Below are positions 1 through 8,181 of a stretch of DNA of 32,000 nt, one piece after another. The stretch is from assembly GCA_021498095.1 (NCBI GenBank), contig JAIZWK010000001.1, positions 1,410,001 through 1,442,000 of the forward strand, given 5' to 3'. Origin of the DNA: Candidatus Harpocratesius repetitus. Its GTDB lineage: Archaea > Asgardarchaeota > Lokiarchaeia > Sigyniarchaeales > Promethearchaeaceae. Positions within the stretch are counted from its first letter, which is position 1, and every line of letters begins with the position of its first letter. The translations under genes were made by a program, and so were the position numbers. The notes beneath the pieces were generated by a model. That model was not told the origin of the DNA, searched no databases, and was given only the letters and a program-made list of their open reading frames with translations.

Positions 1-117
1 GGAAAAGTACAGAAATATAAACTGCGTGCCACACTTAAGAAAATGAAAGAAGAAGGAACATTGGGACCAAAATTAGTTCCAACTGCTGTAAAAGAGAAAA
101 AGAAGAAGAACCAATAA
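1..117 (+). CDS. 3' end of an AMP-binding acyl-CoA synthetase/ligase (truncated by window edge)
   Basis: Frame 1 reads GKVQKYKLRATLKKMKEEG...KKKKNQ*; GK(V/I)QK(Y/F)KLR is the C-terminal A10 lysine motif of ANL-family acyl-CoA ligases. Only 38 codons are visible. Confidence 0.65.
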   Translation, partial: GKVQKYKLRATLKKMKEEGTLGPKLVPTAVKEKKKKNQ

Positions 118-177
118 TGAATTTTTCTTTTCTATTAGTTTTTTTTGTTATTTTCCTGTTTATGCGATTATTTTTTC

Positions 178-195
178 CTGATCAACTTTGATCAG
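178..195. promoter_or_regulatory. Perfect inverted repeat CTGATCAA-ct-TTGATCAG upstream of enolase (candidate operator)
   Basis: 8-bp arms at 178-185 and 188-195, about 75 nt upstream of the eno ATG; function inferred only. Confidence 0.35.
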
Positions 196-256
196 TTTTT
201 GATTACATATTCTGTTAAATCTTTATGGAAGCAACCACTACTATATTATCGAAATT

Positions 257-263
257 GAGGTGA
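257..263 (+). promoter_or_regulatory. Shine-Dalgarno site of eno
   Basis: GAGGTGA 7 nt before ATG at 271; complementary to the usual archaeal 16S 3' end. Confidence 0.7.
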
Positions 264-270
264 GCTAATA

Positions 271-1587
271 ATGAATTTCGAAATTAAAAAAATTCACGCC
301 CGATGGATTATTGATTCACGAGGTAATCCAACGGTTGAATGTGATATGTGGGCGGGCGACAATGTTTTTGTGCGCGCTGCAGTTCCTTCAGGGGCATCTA
401 CTGGTGAGGCAGAAGCTGTTGAATTACGCGACAACGATCCCTCTAAATTCGGCGGCAAAGGTGTGTTAAAAGCAGTCGAAAATATAAATTCAAAAATAAG
501 CAAAATTGTGATTGGAATGGATTGTTCCAATCAAAAAGCCATCGATCAAGCAATGATCAATGCTGATGGTACACCAAATAAAGGAAACTTTGGAGCAAAT
601 GCAATTTTAGCAGTATCCATGTGTGCTATGAAAGCAGCAGCTAAGATTCAAAATAAACCGCTTTACCAGTATGTTTATGAATTAGCTCATGAAGGTAGAA
701 CTGCTGAAAGATATCTTATGCCAATTCCATCTTCAAACGTACTTAACGGAGGGAAACATGCAGGTGGAGATTTAGCACCTCAAGAATTTATGATTCAAGC
801 TATTGGTGCGCCTAATTTCCGTGAAGCAATACGAATGACTGCGGAAGTCTATCATACAATGAAGAAAGTAATTAAAGAACAATACGGTGCAACTTCTGTA
901 AATGTTGGTGATGAAGGTGGTTTTGCACCTGCATTAACCACTACTCGTGAGGCATTAGATATCATTATGGAATCAATAAAGAAGGCAGGTTATAATCCTG
1001 GTAGCGATATTGTTTTAGCAATGGATCCAGCCGCTTCAGAATTCTTTGATAAAGAAAAACAAGTCTACTATATTGATGGTAAAACCCTTAAACCCAGTGA
1101 ATTAGTCGATTATTGGGTAAAAATTATTGATGAATATCCAATTAAATCAATGGAAGATCCATTTGATGAAGAAGGATGGACTGAATTTGCTGCACTTAAA
1201 GCAAAGATTGGAGATAGATGTCAAATTATTGGTGATGATTTAACAGTAACAAATGTACAGCGATTACAAAAAGCTATTGATATGAATGCGATATCTTCAC
1301 TTCTTCTTAAAATTAATCAAATAGGAACAATAACAGAAGCAATTGATGCAGCCAAGTTAACCTTTAAGAATGGCTATACTGTCATGGTATCTCATAGATC
1401 GGGTGAAACTTGTGATAATACAATAGCAGATATTGTGGTTGGTCTGTGCACAGGCCAAATTAAATCAGGTGCACCATGTCGTGCAGATCGACTTTCTAAA
1501 TACAATCAATTAATCCGTATTGAAGAAGAATTGGGTGAAAAAGCCTTTTATCCTAAAGAATATGCAGAATTTAAAGAATTTCAATAA
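271..1587 (+). CDS. eno: Enolase (phosphopyruvate hydratase)
   Basis: DSRGNPTVE, VPSGASTG, NVGDEGGFAP, LLKINQIGT, SHRSGET and QIKSGAP motifs; 438 aa. Confidence 0.99.
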   Translation: MNFEIKKIHARWIIDSRGNPTVECDMWAGDNVFVRAAVPSGASTGEAEAVELRDNDPSKFGGKGVLKAVENINSKISKIVIGMDCSNQKAIDQAMINADGTPNKGNFGANAILAVSMCAMKAAAKIQNKPLYQYVYELAHEGRTAERYLMPIPSSNVLNGGKHAGGDLAPQEFMIQAIGAPNFREAIRMTAEVYHTMKKVIKEQYGATSVNVGDEGGFAPALTTTREALDIIMESIKKAGYNPGSDIVLAMDPAASEFFDKEKQVYYIDGKTLKPSELVDYWVKIIDEYPIKSMEDPFDEEGWTEFAALKAKIGDRCQIIGDDLTVTNVQRLQKAIDMNAISSLLLKINQIGTITEAIDAAKLTFKNGYTVMVSHRSGETCDNTIADIVVGLCTGQIKSGAPCRADRLSKYNQLIRIEEELGEKAFYPKEYAEFKEFQ

Positions 1588-1599
1588 ATTATAAATTAG

Positions 1600-1636
1600 A
1601 TTTCATCCTTATAAAATTTTTAAGATGAAATTTTTT
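1600..1636 (+). terminator. Hairpin plus T-tract after eno
   Basis: ATTTCAT(C)CTTA...TAAG-ATGAAAT stem followed by TTTTTT, 13 nt after the stop codon. Confidence 0.45.
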
Positions 1637-1748
1637 ATTGTTTCCTTTTTTATTTCATTCAAATTCATTCATTTTCTTTATTACGCCAATAATTCCATTA
1701 GAAATATTTTTATCTCTAAAAAATCAACAACATAGCAATCTTTGAGGA

Positions 1749-2573
1749 ATGTTTATGTATCTTAATATTAAAGGGGTAGATATTTATTACGAAATTCATG
1801 GAAACGGTATTCCTATTCTAAACCTACATGGATTTCCATTAGATCATAGGATTATGTTGGGTTGCATGGAGCCAATATTTGATGAAAATTTGAATACAAA
1901 ATATAAAAGAATATATTTTGATTTTCCGGGTATGGGAAAATCTACTTCTGCATCATGGATTAAATCTACAGATGATATTCTCCAATTAACTCTTGATTTT
2001 ATTTCAGAAATCATTCATAGTGAATCATTTATTGTTGTGGGGGAAAGTTATGGAGGTTATATTGCTGGTGGTGTTGTTTCCAGACTTCGAAATCGCATTT
2101 TAGGATTATTACTTATTTGTCCGATGATTATTGCCGATTTTTCAAAACGTCATCTTCCCAAACGCACAGTATTGGAGCGAGATTTTGATTTCTACTCAAA
2201 GTTTCCACCAAAGTTGCAAGAAGAATATGATTCAATCCTAGTTATAGAAAATGAGAGAATTTGTACCCGTTATCAACAAGAGATTCCAGATGCAATGGCT
2301 TGTGCAAATATGGAATTACTGAATCAAATCCAACAAAAAGCTTATGGATTTTCTTGGAATATACTTGATATATCTGATCCTTTTTCTTTTCCTACCTTAT
2401 TTATATTAGGATGCCAAGATGATATCGTCGGATATCAAGACGCTCTTGAATTTTCGGCCAATTTTTCTCGAGCATCTGTAGCAATATTAGATAAAGCAGG
2501 TCACTATGCACAGGTTGAACAGCAAGAAATCTTTGAAAAGTTAGTAATAGAATGGCTAAATAGAATAAAATAA
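1749..2573 (+). CDS. Alpha/beta-fold hydrolase
   Basis: LHGF oxyanion motif, GESYGG nucleophile elbow, QDD acid, AGHYAQ catalytic His. Confidence 0.92.
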   Translation: MFMYLNIKGVDIYYEIHGNGIPILNLHGFPLDHRIMLGCMEPIFDENLNTKYKRIYFDFPGMGKSTSASWIKSTDDILQLTLDFISEIIHSESFIVVGESYGGYIAGGVVSRLRNRILGLLLICPMIIADFSKRHLPKRTVLERDFDFYSKFPPKLQEEYDSILVIENERICTRYQQEIPDAMACANMELLNQIQQKAYGFSWNILDISDPFSFPTLFILGCQDDIVGYQDALEFSANFSRASVAILDKAGHYAQVEQQEIFEKLVIEWLNRIK

Positions 2574-2593
2574 TACAGAAAAAATGATTTATT

Positions 2594-3316
2594 TTACTTT
2601 ATAAGGAAGTATGTTAGTAAAATGCTGAGCGTGTTGTTTAATATATGCATAATGATGGGAATCATTAGATTCTCGCTTTTTTCATAAAAAACAGCTAAGA
2701 ATATTGCCAAAATAAATGCTAAAATTCCTTGGATGATATTTAAATGCGAGACTGCAAATAACAAAGAACTAAGAATAATTGCCCATTGCGGTGCAAGAAT
2801 TTTCCGTAATGCTTTAAATATTAATCCTCTATAGAAAAATTCTTCAACTACAGGCCCAATAATTGCAACAAGAAAAAAAATCAACCAGAAAAACTTATCA
2901 TCTTTTAGAAGTTGGAGAATTCGATTATTTGGAGTTGATTGAAGAAAAAGACTCAAAATCCAACCAATAAAAATTCTAACAAAAAATAACACAATTGTTG
3001 TGAAAATTATCCAAAAAAATATAATGAGTTGTGATTTTTTCACAGGTTGGAAAAAAGATTCCCATGAAAAACGCTTTGATTTTACTCCAAGAAGCCAAAA
3101 AAGGCCGAAATTTACTAAAATACTTAAAAATCCTGTTAATAATATTATTAATACAGGATTTTCTGTTATATAAAAATAGGAAAAGAGTAAAAATCCAGAA
3201 CCTTGATAAAGAATAAGGTTCAAAATCCACCATCCTGTTATTTTTCCCCATTCTAATAGTTTATTTTTCATATTTTCTGAAATCTGGGGGTAAATTTCTT
3301 GTTCTTCTGCGTTCAT
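2594..3316 (-). CDS. CPBP (Abi/Rce1-like, CAAX protease family) intramembrane glutamic endopeptidase
   Basis: Multiple TM segments; PVVEEFFYRG, FAVSH and HILNN motifs. Confidence 0.92.
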   Translation of the reverse strand: MNAEEQEIYPQISENMKNKLLEWGKITGWWILNLILYQGSGFLLFSYFYITENPVLIILLTGFLSILVNFGLFWLLGVKSKRFSWESFFQPVKKSQLIIFFWIIFTTIVLFFVRIFIGWILSLFLQSTPNNRILQLLKDDKFFWLIFFLVAIIGPVVEEFFYRGLIFKALRKILAPQWAIILSSLLFAVSHLNIIQGILAFILAIFLAVFYEKSENLMIPIIMHILNNTLSILLTYFLIK

Positions 3317-3341
3317 ATAGATTAACTCTTTTAAATGTTCT

Positions 3342-4037
3342 CTAATGGGAATAAAATCTCTTTTTGCAAGTAGGACATAGTATTCTGTAAAGATCGGCTT
3401 GAATAAATTTCCGTTTCTTTTTATGAAAACTATATGAATGCTTCAGCACAAGCTTTAATGGAAAAATTTGATCAACTGTCCCTCCTAATTGTAAAATCTT
3501 CTTGGATAGAAATTCCTGGTTTTTAGGATGGCTTAGATGAAGTGAATATATAATATCTGCGACAGTTATAGATTTTCTGATAAATGCTAAATCTGAACCC
3601 CGCTTTTTCACACCAAAAGGAGGATTTGACACCACAATAATTGGCCTTAATTGTTCAATTGGTTGTTTTAGATGATTAGAAATTACACATTGTAAATCCA
3701 TAGTATTAATATCACCTTGAATCAGAGTAATTTTCTGTTCTAATTGCAAAGAATGTATATTTTCTCTACAAATTTCTAAAGCTTCTGGATCAATATCAAT
3801 TCCTATAACTTTATGTGCTCCAAGTAGGGCAGCTGCGATTGTCAAATTTCCTCCTCCGCATCCCAAATCTATAACGATCTTATCTTGAAGATCATTCTGT
3901 TCAAAGGCGATGTGAAAGAAGATGTCTGCTGTTGCTATTGCATCTGTAAAATATTGTTCATATTGCAACTTAGGTGATTCAAAAGTCTTTAAACTTTGAA
4001 TAATATTGATCAGTTCAGATTTTTTCAAATGCATCAT
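3342..4037 (-). CDS. METTL5-family N6-adenine RNA methyltransferase
   Basis: N-terminal PKLQYEQYFT, DLGCGGG SAM-binding motif, NPPFG catalytic motif; divergent from csl4 as often seen in archaea. Confidence 0.9.
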   Translation of the reverse strand: MMHLKKSELINIIQSLKTFESPKLQYEQYFTDAIATADIFFHIAFEQNDLQDKIVIDLGCGGGNLTIAAALLGAHKVIGIDIDPEALEICRENIHSLQLEQKITLIQGDINTMDLQCVISNHLKQPIEQLRPIIVVSNPPFGVKKRGSDLAFIRKSITVADIIYSLHLSHPKNQEFLSKKILQLGGTVDQIFPLKLVLKHSYSFHKKKRKFIQADLYRILCPTCKKRFYSH

Positions 4038-4113
4038 ATATTCTGAGAATTCCCGCTAAATTGTAAAGTAAAAAAAGAATCGTTCATTCATTAACTATGC
4101 GATTTAAGAAAAA

Positions 4114-4743
4114 TTGAAAATGTTTAGTGAAGGGCTTATGAATCCACCCAAAAATCAAGAAAATCAGAAGCAATTTGTGTACATTGGCGATGAACTGGGT
4201 TTTACTGAAGAATATTTAGGAGATCCTTCCACCACTTACACCGAAAATGGAAAAATCTACGCTGCAATAGCAGGTTATCTTACAGTTGATAAAAAAAACC
4301 GACAAATATTCATTGAAGGAAGTTATACAGAACGCCAAAAAATTCCCCAACCAGATGATATAGTAACTGGTGTTGTTTACTCTATTCGAAAAAACTCTGT
4401 GGGTACAAAAATAAATACAATTAATAATTTGGTTGTTGTAGATATGGGTCTGATTGGAAATATTCATGTCTCAAATGTTTCAAAATCCTACGTAGATAAA
4501 TTGGACGACATTTTTGATAAAAATGACATTATTCGTGCTAAAATTGTACGACAAGAAGGAAAAGAATTTCAAATTTCAACTGTAGATCCTTCTTTAGGTG
4601 TTATTAAAGCGTTTTGCAAATATTGTGGTCATGAAATGCAAAGAAAAGGAAAAACTCAAGTAATTTGTCCATTTTGCAGTAATGTCCAGAGAAAAATGAT
4701 GGCAAATGATTATGGAGACATTGAAGAGATTTTACATTTCTAA
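4114..4743 (+). CDS. csl4: Exosome complex RNA-binding protein Csl4 (true start may be ATG at 4120 or 4138)
   Basis: N-terminal GDELG..EEY domain, S1 domain (GNIHVSNV), C-terminal PSLGVIKAFCKYCG...CPFC Zn ribbon. Confidence 0.92.
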   Translation: MKMFSEGLMNPPKNQENQKQFVYIGDELGFTEEYLGDPSTTYTENGKIYAAIAGYLTVDKKNRQIFIEGSYTERQKIPQPDDIVTGVVYSIRKNSVGTKINTINNLVVVDMGLIGNIHVSNVSKSYVDKLDDIFDKNDIIRAKIVRQEGKEFQISTVDPSLGVIKAFCKYCGHEMQRKGKTQVICPFCSNVQRKMMANDYGDIEEILHF

Positions 4744-4880
4744 AAAATCAGTAATTTCAGTAATTTTTTCTTTTTCTTTTAAATTAAGCAAACAAAATTC
4801 AGATATAATCTTATAATAAATAGATGGAGTATTGTAAAATAAAAAAGAATTATATTGTATCTTAAAAATAACATTCAGGA

Positions 4881-5123
4881 ATGAACAAAATGGCTCGAAC
4901 AGGAAAGAAAACAATATTATTACAAATTTCTAATATAGATGAATTAGAAGATATTATAAAATATGCACAGAAACGGGCAGATAATGCTGGATTACGTTTA
5001 ACCATTGATTATACTCACGATATTGGTTTAAAATTAATTGTAGCTGGTCCTCGGGATAAGATTCAATTATATGAACATCAAATACGTGATGCATTGCGTG
5101 AAGATGAGGAAGAAATGAATTAA
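4881..5123 (+). CDS. Small hypothetical protein (80 aa) directly after csl4
   Basis: Coding-like composition, co-oriented with csl4; mixed alpha/beta pattern; possible distant resemblance to the archaeal DUF2067 N-terminus (unverified). Confidence 0.65.
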   Translation: MNKMARTGKKTILLQISNIDELEDIIKYAQKRADNAGLRLTIDYTHDIGLKLIVAGPRDKIQLYEHQIRDALREDEEEMN

Positions 5124-5162
5124 GAAATTTAAATCTCCTTTTCTTAATGTTATGCTTTTTTT

Positions 5163-5582
5163 TCATTTTAAAGGAGAATTGCAATTTTTACAAAATTTTG
5201 CACCAATTTGATTGGATTCTCCACAATACGAACAAATTAATTCTATTTTTGAATCAAAATTATCTGATAAATTTATATTTTGGGTAGGATTTTCATTCAA
5301 ATCATCTTCATAAGCAGGATCATATTTAGTTGCTAATTCAATCTTTGAAAAGGAAGAGAACAGCTTAAATTGACCGAATGCTAGAAGTATCATTCCGATT
5401 ACTAATAAAATAAAAGCGAGAATAAAGAAAGGAAATATTAGGAAAACATTATGAGTAAATACAGGAATTAAAACGCTGCTAAAAAACATTAATATTCCTG
5501 TTATAAGCATAATTATTCCCACAATTACTTTAGAAGATAACTTTGCAGTTGAATTTTGATTTGGAAATCGCGAAAATAACAT
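5163..5582 (-). CDS. Two-TM membrane protein with C-terminal zinc ribbon
   Basis: Two hydrophobic helices followed by CSYCG...AKFCKNC. Start codon uncertain. Confidence 0.7.
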   Translation of the reverse strand: MLFSRFPNQNSTAKLSSKVIVGIIMLITGILMFFSSVLIPVFTHNVFLIFPFFILAFILLVIGMILLAFGQFKLFSSFSKIELATKYDPAYEDDLNENPTQNINLSDNFDSKIELICSYCGESNQIGAKFCKNCNSPLK

Positions 5583-5659
5583 GCTATTATAGAATTATTT
5601 TGTATTCAAAAATTTTTTTTGAAATGGTTCCTTTTTTGAATTGTTGGTGTCACAAATTC

Positions 5660-6103
5660 ATGGTAGGAAAAAAAAAGTCGATTGATGAAGAATTAGACGA
5701 AGAATTTTTAGAGGAAGATATTGACTCAGATTTAGATTCAGATATTCCTTCAGAGAAATCCAAAGATGAATTAGCCGAAATGCTCTCATCACAATTGGAA
5801 GAAGAGATTTCCCAACAAGATTACAAATACTTAAAACTTTATATTGAGCAAGAAAGTAAATTTGAATATTATGTCACAGTGGAACATCAATCTCATGGAT
5901 TTATGAACTATTTAGTCTCTAAAGTGCTAAAATGTGCAGGTGTTGAATTTGCTGCATATAAACTAACAAGTTTAGATCCTGCTAAATTATATATTCGGAT
6001 TGATCCTTCACGAGATATTAAAACAATATTAAAAGAAGCATTAGTTAAGATGAAAACTGAATGGAAAGGCATGAAAAATGCCGTTGCTGCCATGAAATTA
6101 TAA
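5660..6103 (+). CDS. rpoL: DNA-directed RNA polymerase subunit Rpo11/RpoL with acidic N-terminal extension
   Basis: V.VEHQSHGFMNYL...V.FAAY...LYI core resembles the RpoL/RPB11 fold; csl4-rpoL-DUF99 context. Start moved to ATG 5660 (MVGKKK) because the ORF-track extension overlaps the opposite-strand gene. Confidence 0.8.
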   Translation: MVGKKKSIDEELDEEFLEEDIDSDLDSDIPSEKSKDELAEMLSSQLEEEISQQDYKYLKLYIEQESKFEYYVTVEHQSHGFMNYLVSKVLKCAGVEFAAYKLTSLDPAKLYIRIDPSRDIKTILKEALVKMKTEWKGMKNAVAAMKL

Positions 6104-6184
6104 GTTTTTTTCATGAAAAAATGCCGTTGCTACCATAAGTTTTTTTCATGAAAAAATGCCGTTGCTACCATAAGTTTTTTTCAT
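6070..6184 (+). repeat. Tandem repeat, 35-bp unit CATGAAAAAATGCCGTTGCTACCATAAGTTTTTTT
   Basis: Exact copies at 6112-6146 and 6147-6181; degenerate 42-bp parent copy at 6070-6111 is the end of rpoL plus its T7 tract. Confidence 0.95.
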
Positions 6185-6191
6185 TAACCTT

Positions 6192-6224
6192 TATTTATTG
6201 TATTTATTGTATTTATTGTATTTA
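6192..6224 (+). repeat. 9-bp tandem repeat (TATTTATTG) x3 plus a partial copy
   Basis: Copies at 6192, 6201 and 6210, partial at 6219-6224, ending 2 nt before ATG 6227. Confidence 0.85.
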
Positions 6225-6226
6225 CA

Positions 6227-6748
6227 ATGCCTGATATAAAGGAAGATATTAATAAAATAAACGAAGAACTAAAAAAAGAAATAAACGAACAATTTTCTCT
6301 CAAAGGGAAATTAGCTGCTTTAATTCATGATATGGGAATAAAAGGTTTCAAAGATATAGGTATAAATAAACAATTAGCAAAATTTGGAGATGCGATTACC
6401 AATACAATTTATTCAATGGCAAAATCTGCTGTAATTCATCAATTTACTCAACGAAAAGTAAACCGAACTGTTTTATCTCATGCATTAAAGAATGCACAAA
6501 TGAAACCCTTTGCAAAAACACGCTCTGATGCTCATGCCATGGCAGATAGTGCAGAAGCATTTATTGGATATGTTTTCTGTGCGGAAGGTTGGAATTTGGA
6601 AAAAATGGCAACTCAACTATATAATTCTCTAAAAAATTATAATCTGTATGAGCAAGTTGAAGAAACTCAGGCAGCTATTGAAGGTTTCACAAAATTGCTC
6701 GAAAATATTAAAGAATACCTTGAATATAAATATAGATGGGAATCTTGA
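6227..6748 (+). CDS. Archaeal ribonuclease III-like (mini-RNase III, Ribonucleas_3_2-type) protein
   Basis: LAKFGDAITN...KVN..VLSHAL...DAHAMADSAEAFIGY matches the archaeal RNase III-like family found next to rpoL. Confidence 0.8.
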   Translation: MPDIKEDINKINEELKKEINEQFSLKGKLAALIHDMGIKGFKDIGINKQLAKFGDAITNTIYSMAKSAVIHQFTQRKVNRTVLSHALKNAQMKPFAKTRSDAHAMADSAEAFIGYVFCAEGWNLEKMATQLYNSLKNYNLYEQVEETQAAIEGFTKLLENIKEYLEYKYRWES

Positions 6749-6754
6749 TTACGT

Positions 6755-7378
6755 GTGAAGCGAAAAAGCTGCATTTTAGCATTTGATGATGGTAAACATG
6801 AAAAATCAGATCTTTTACGCTATCGAAAAAATGAACTAAACCAAAAATCGGTAAAACTCCATAGAACAGATCTGATTGGGGTAGTTACTAAAGGATTGCA
6901 ACTGATGCATGTTTCTAATTCACGAATAACTGTGGATGGAGATGATGCAACCACTCAAATGTTATCCATTTTTAAACAGAATCCCTTTCGAAATGAAATT
7001 CAAATCATTTTAATAGACTCTCCTACAGTTGCTGGTTTTAATATCCCTGATCCATTTAAAATTTATAAAATGATTCAAATCCCTGTTTTATTAATTCCAA
7101 GCAATCCTCCTACTCATATAATCGCTGAAGTATTCGAGAATATATTCCCCGATCGAAAAGAAGATCTTTCGATTCTAAAAAATTTGCCTCCATTAGAAAA
7201 AGTCGAAGTCTCAGTCAATATTTCTCCTACAATCAAGAAAAATGTCTGTTTTCATCCCATTGGTATATCAAAAGAAGAAGTGATAGATCTTTTGAATTTT
7301 CTCACCCATTATTCTGCAGTTCCTGAACCATTAAGATTGGCTCATTTAATTGCATCTAGATCAAGAATGGATATATAA
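6755..7378 (+). CDS. DUF99 family (endonuclease V-like / endonuclease dU) protein
   Basis: ILAFDDG, LIGVV, VDGDDAT, AGFNI and PEPLRLAHLIAS motifs; GTG start. Confidence 0.88.
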   Translation: MKRKSCILAFDDGKHEKSDLLRYRKNELNQKSVKLHRTDLIGVVTKGLQLMHVSNSRITVDGDDATTQMLSIFKQNPFRNEIQIILIDSPTVAGFNIPDPFKIYKMIQIPVLLIPSNPPTHIIAEVFENIFPDRKEDLSILKNLPPLEKVEVSVNISPTIKKNVCFHPIGISKEEVIDLLNFLTHYSAVPEPLRLAHLIASRSRMDI

Positions 7379-7503
7379 TTGAAGAATTGATAGAATTGGA
7401 AAAAGATCCTAGGTTGTTGAATGATTTTGAGCATGATTTAGAAAATAGAAAAATAAAAAATTATTCGCTATTGATTCTTAATTCAATCATTTAGCAATTT
7501 ATA

Positions 7504-7965
7504 TTATTTTAAATGACGTTCTATAATTTGTCGGAGTTTACTCTCGTTCTGTCTATTTATTCCAACCATTCCATATGTAGGAACACCTAATGCAGCCTCA
7601 ATGGCTGTTGGATCCATTCGATCTTCTAAATCTTGTTTATTTGCTATGGCAATGATTTTTGAAGCTCCTTTATTCAAATGTCGCTCAATTAGATCTTTAG
7701 TTAGCATGACATTTCGAGCAGAAGAATCTGTTACTAAAATTGTGAGTTTTGAGCCCCGAATGAACTCGTCCCACAAAAATTGAAATCTCTTCTGTCCTGC
7801 TAAGTCCCATACACACATATTTCCCAGTGCAGTGGGTACTTTCGAAATCTCTACACCTACAGTTGGTTTTCGTTCATCTAAGGGATGTTCACTTTTTAAA
7901 AGTTTCGTTAAGGTTGTCTTTCCGACGTTAGATTCTCCAATCAAAACAGCTTTAAATGCGTTCAT
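7504..7965 (-). CDS. Ras-superfamily (Arf/Rab-like) small GTPase, Asgard eukaryotic-signature protein
   Basis: G1 GESNVGKT, G2 PTVG, G3 WDLAGQ, G4 NKQD; 153 aa. Confidence 0.95.
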   Translation of the reverse strand: MNAFKAVLIGESNVGKTTLTKLLKSEHPLDERKPTVGVEISKVPTALGNMCVWDLAGQKRFQFLWDEFIRGSKLTILVTDSSARNVMLTKDLIERHLNKGASKIIAIANKQDLEDRMDPTAIEAALGVPTYGMVGINRQNESKLRQIIERHLK

Positions 7966-8181
7966 AGTGTTTCACTGGTAGCAATATTTTAGTGTTATGA
8001 AGAAAATGATGAACATCCTTATTCAAACGAGATAACACAAGTTTGATATGTTGATAATATGTCGATGAGATCATGAGTGCTCCTATTTCTGTGCCTCAAT
8101 CAATCGTCATTAATCCTTTTTCTATCTGTGATTAGATTTCAACTAATTTCCAGTAGTTAAAAATAAATTAAAAAAAAAATT

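Noticed and set aside
6070-6184. Possible mini CRISPR array (palindromic 35-bp periodicity)
   Set aside because: Units are identical end to end with no unique spacers, derive from the rpoL coding end, and no cas genes are in the window.
2594-7965. CPBP/Rce1 protease acting on a prenylated small GTPase
   Set aside because: The GTPase ends IERHLK with no CAAX or any C-terminal cysteine.
7952-8110. Selenoprotein via TGA read-through (ATG ACG ATT GAT TGA in frame with the 40-codon ORF)
   Set aside because: No redox motif around the TGA, no recognisable SECIS, and the downstream ATG has its own SD.
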